Source: Hydrolagus colliei (lineage: Eukaryota). Taken from it: a stretch of 64,000 nt of DNA. The translations under genes and the position numbers were made by a program. The notes below the pieces were generated by a model, which was given only the letters and a program-made list of their open reading frames with translations, was not told where the DNA came from and searched no databases. Positions within the stretch are counted from its first letter, which is position 1; each line of letters begins with the position of its first letter. The stretch is from the NCBI GenBank assembly GCA_035084275.1, contig CM068746.1, positions 35,340,001-35,404,000 on the forward strand, given 5' to 3'. This document shows positions 63,750-64,000 of this stretch, piece after piece.

Positions 63750-64000
63750 TACCAAATTACATTTGTACCACACCTATCGTGTCAGGTGAATGTCCCAAGG
63801 GACTAAGCAGTCATGGATTTAGACCCAAATGGGGGTTCGGAACAAGACCAAAGGCATGGTCGAAAAGGAGGCTCTTAAGCATCTTGAGATGTGCACTGAA
63901 GGAGACAAGGGAGGGAGTGAGGCGAAGCCTGCTGAGGGGACAGAGTGGACAGGTTGATATGGGGTTAGTGGATCACAGGTAGGAAGGAGTCGGGTGATAA
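63750..64000 (-). mobile_element. L2-type LINE 3' fragment running to the window edge
   Basis: Homologous to 58600-58900. Confidence 0.72.

Noticed and set aside
61750-64000. Final DENND5B exons; acceptor-like tttttttactcag near 62360
   Set aside because: No RUN2 C-terminal peptide found; the sequence after that AG is a decayed CR1 3' fragment.

Overview
Eukaryotic (vertebrate) genomic DNA. The whole window lies inside one + strand gene, DENND5B (DENN/RUN/PLAT-domain Rab GEF family). I could place 18 consecutive constitutive coding exons (equivalent to human exons 2-19). All have GT-AG boundaries and compatible phases, totalling 3342 nt (1114 codons) with no stop. There is also an in-frame 72-nt cassette exon at 6212-6283. 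The first exon and the last exons lie outside the window. Introns are dense in retroposons: two tRNA-headed SINE families sharing a Deu-type body and an L2-like 3' tail, many L2 and CR1 LINE 3' fragments, two short Penelope-type inserts (one with a hammerhead-like motif), a Tc1/mariner-pogo-type MITE and a CpG-rich hAT-like terminus. This repeat landscape suggests a cartilaginous fish, possibly a holocephalan (inference). No prokaryote-type system is present, and almost all short ORFs in the track are spurious. The most intriguing unexplained signals are a candidate cryptic exon in intron 6 that resembles exon 7 at the protein level, and the hammerhead-bearing Penelope-type unit with a TSD-flanked sibling starting just downstream of the predicted cleavage site. 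Repeat boundaries are read by eye and approximate.
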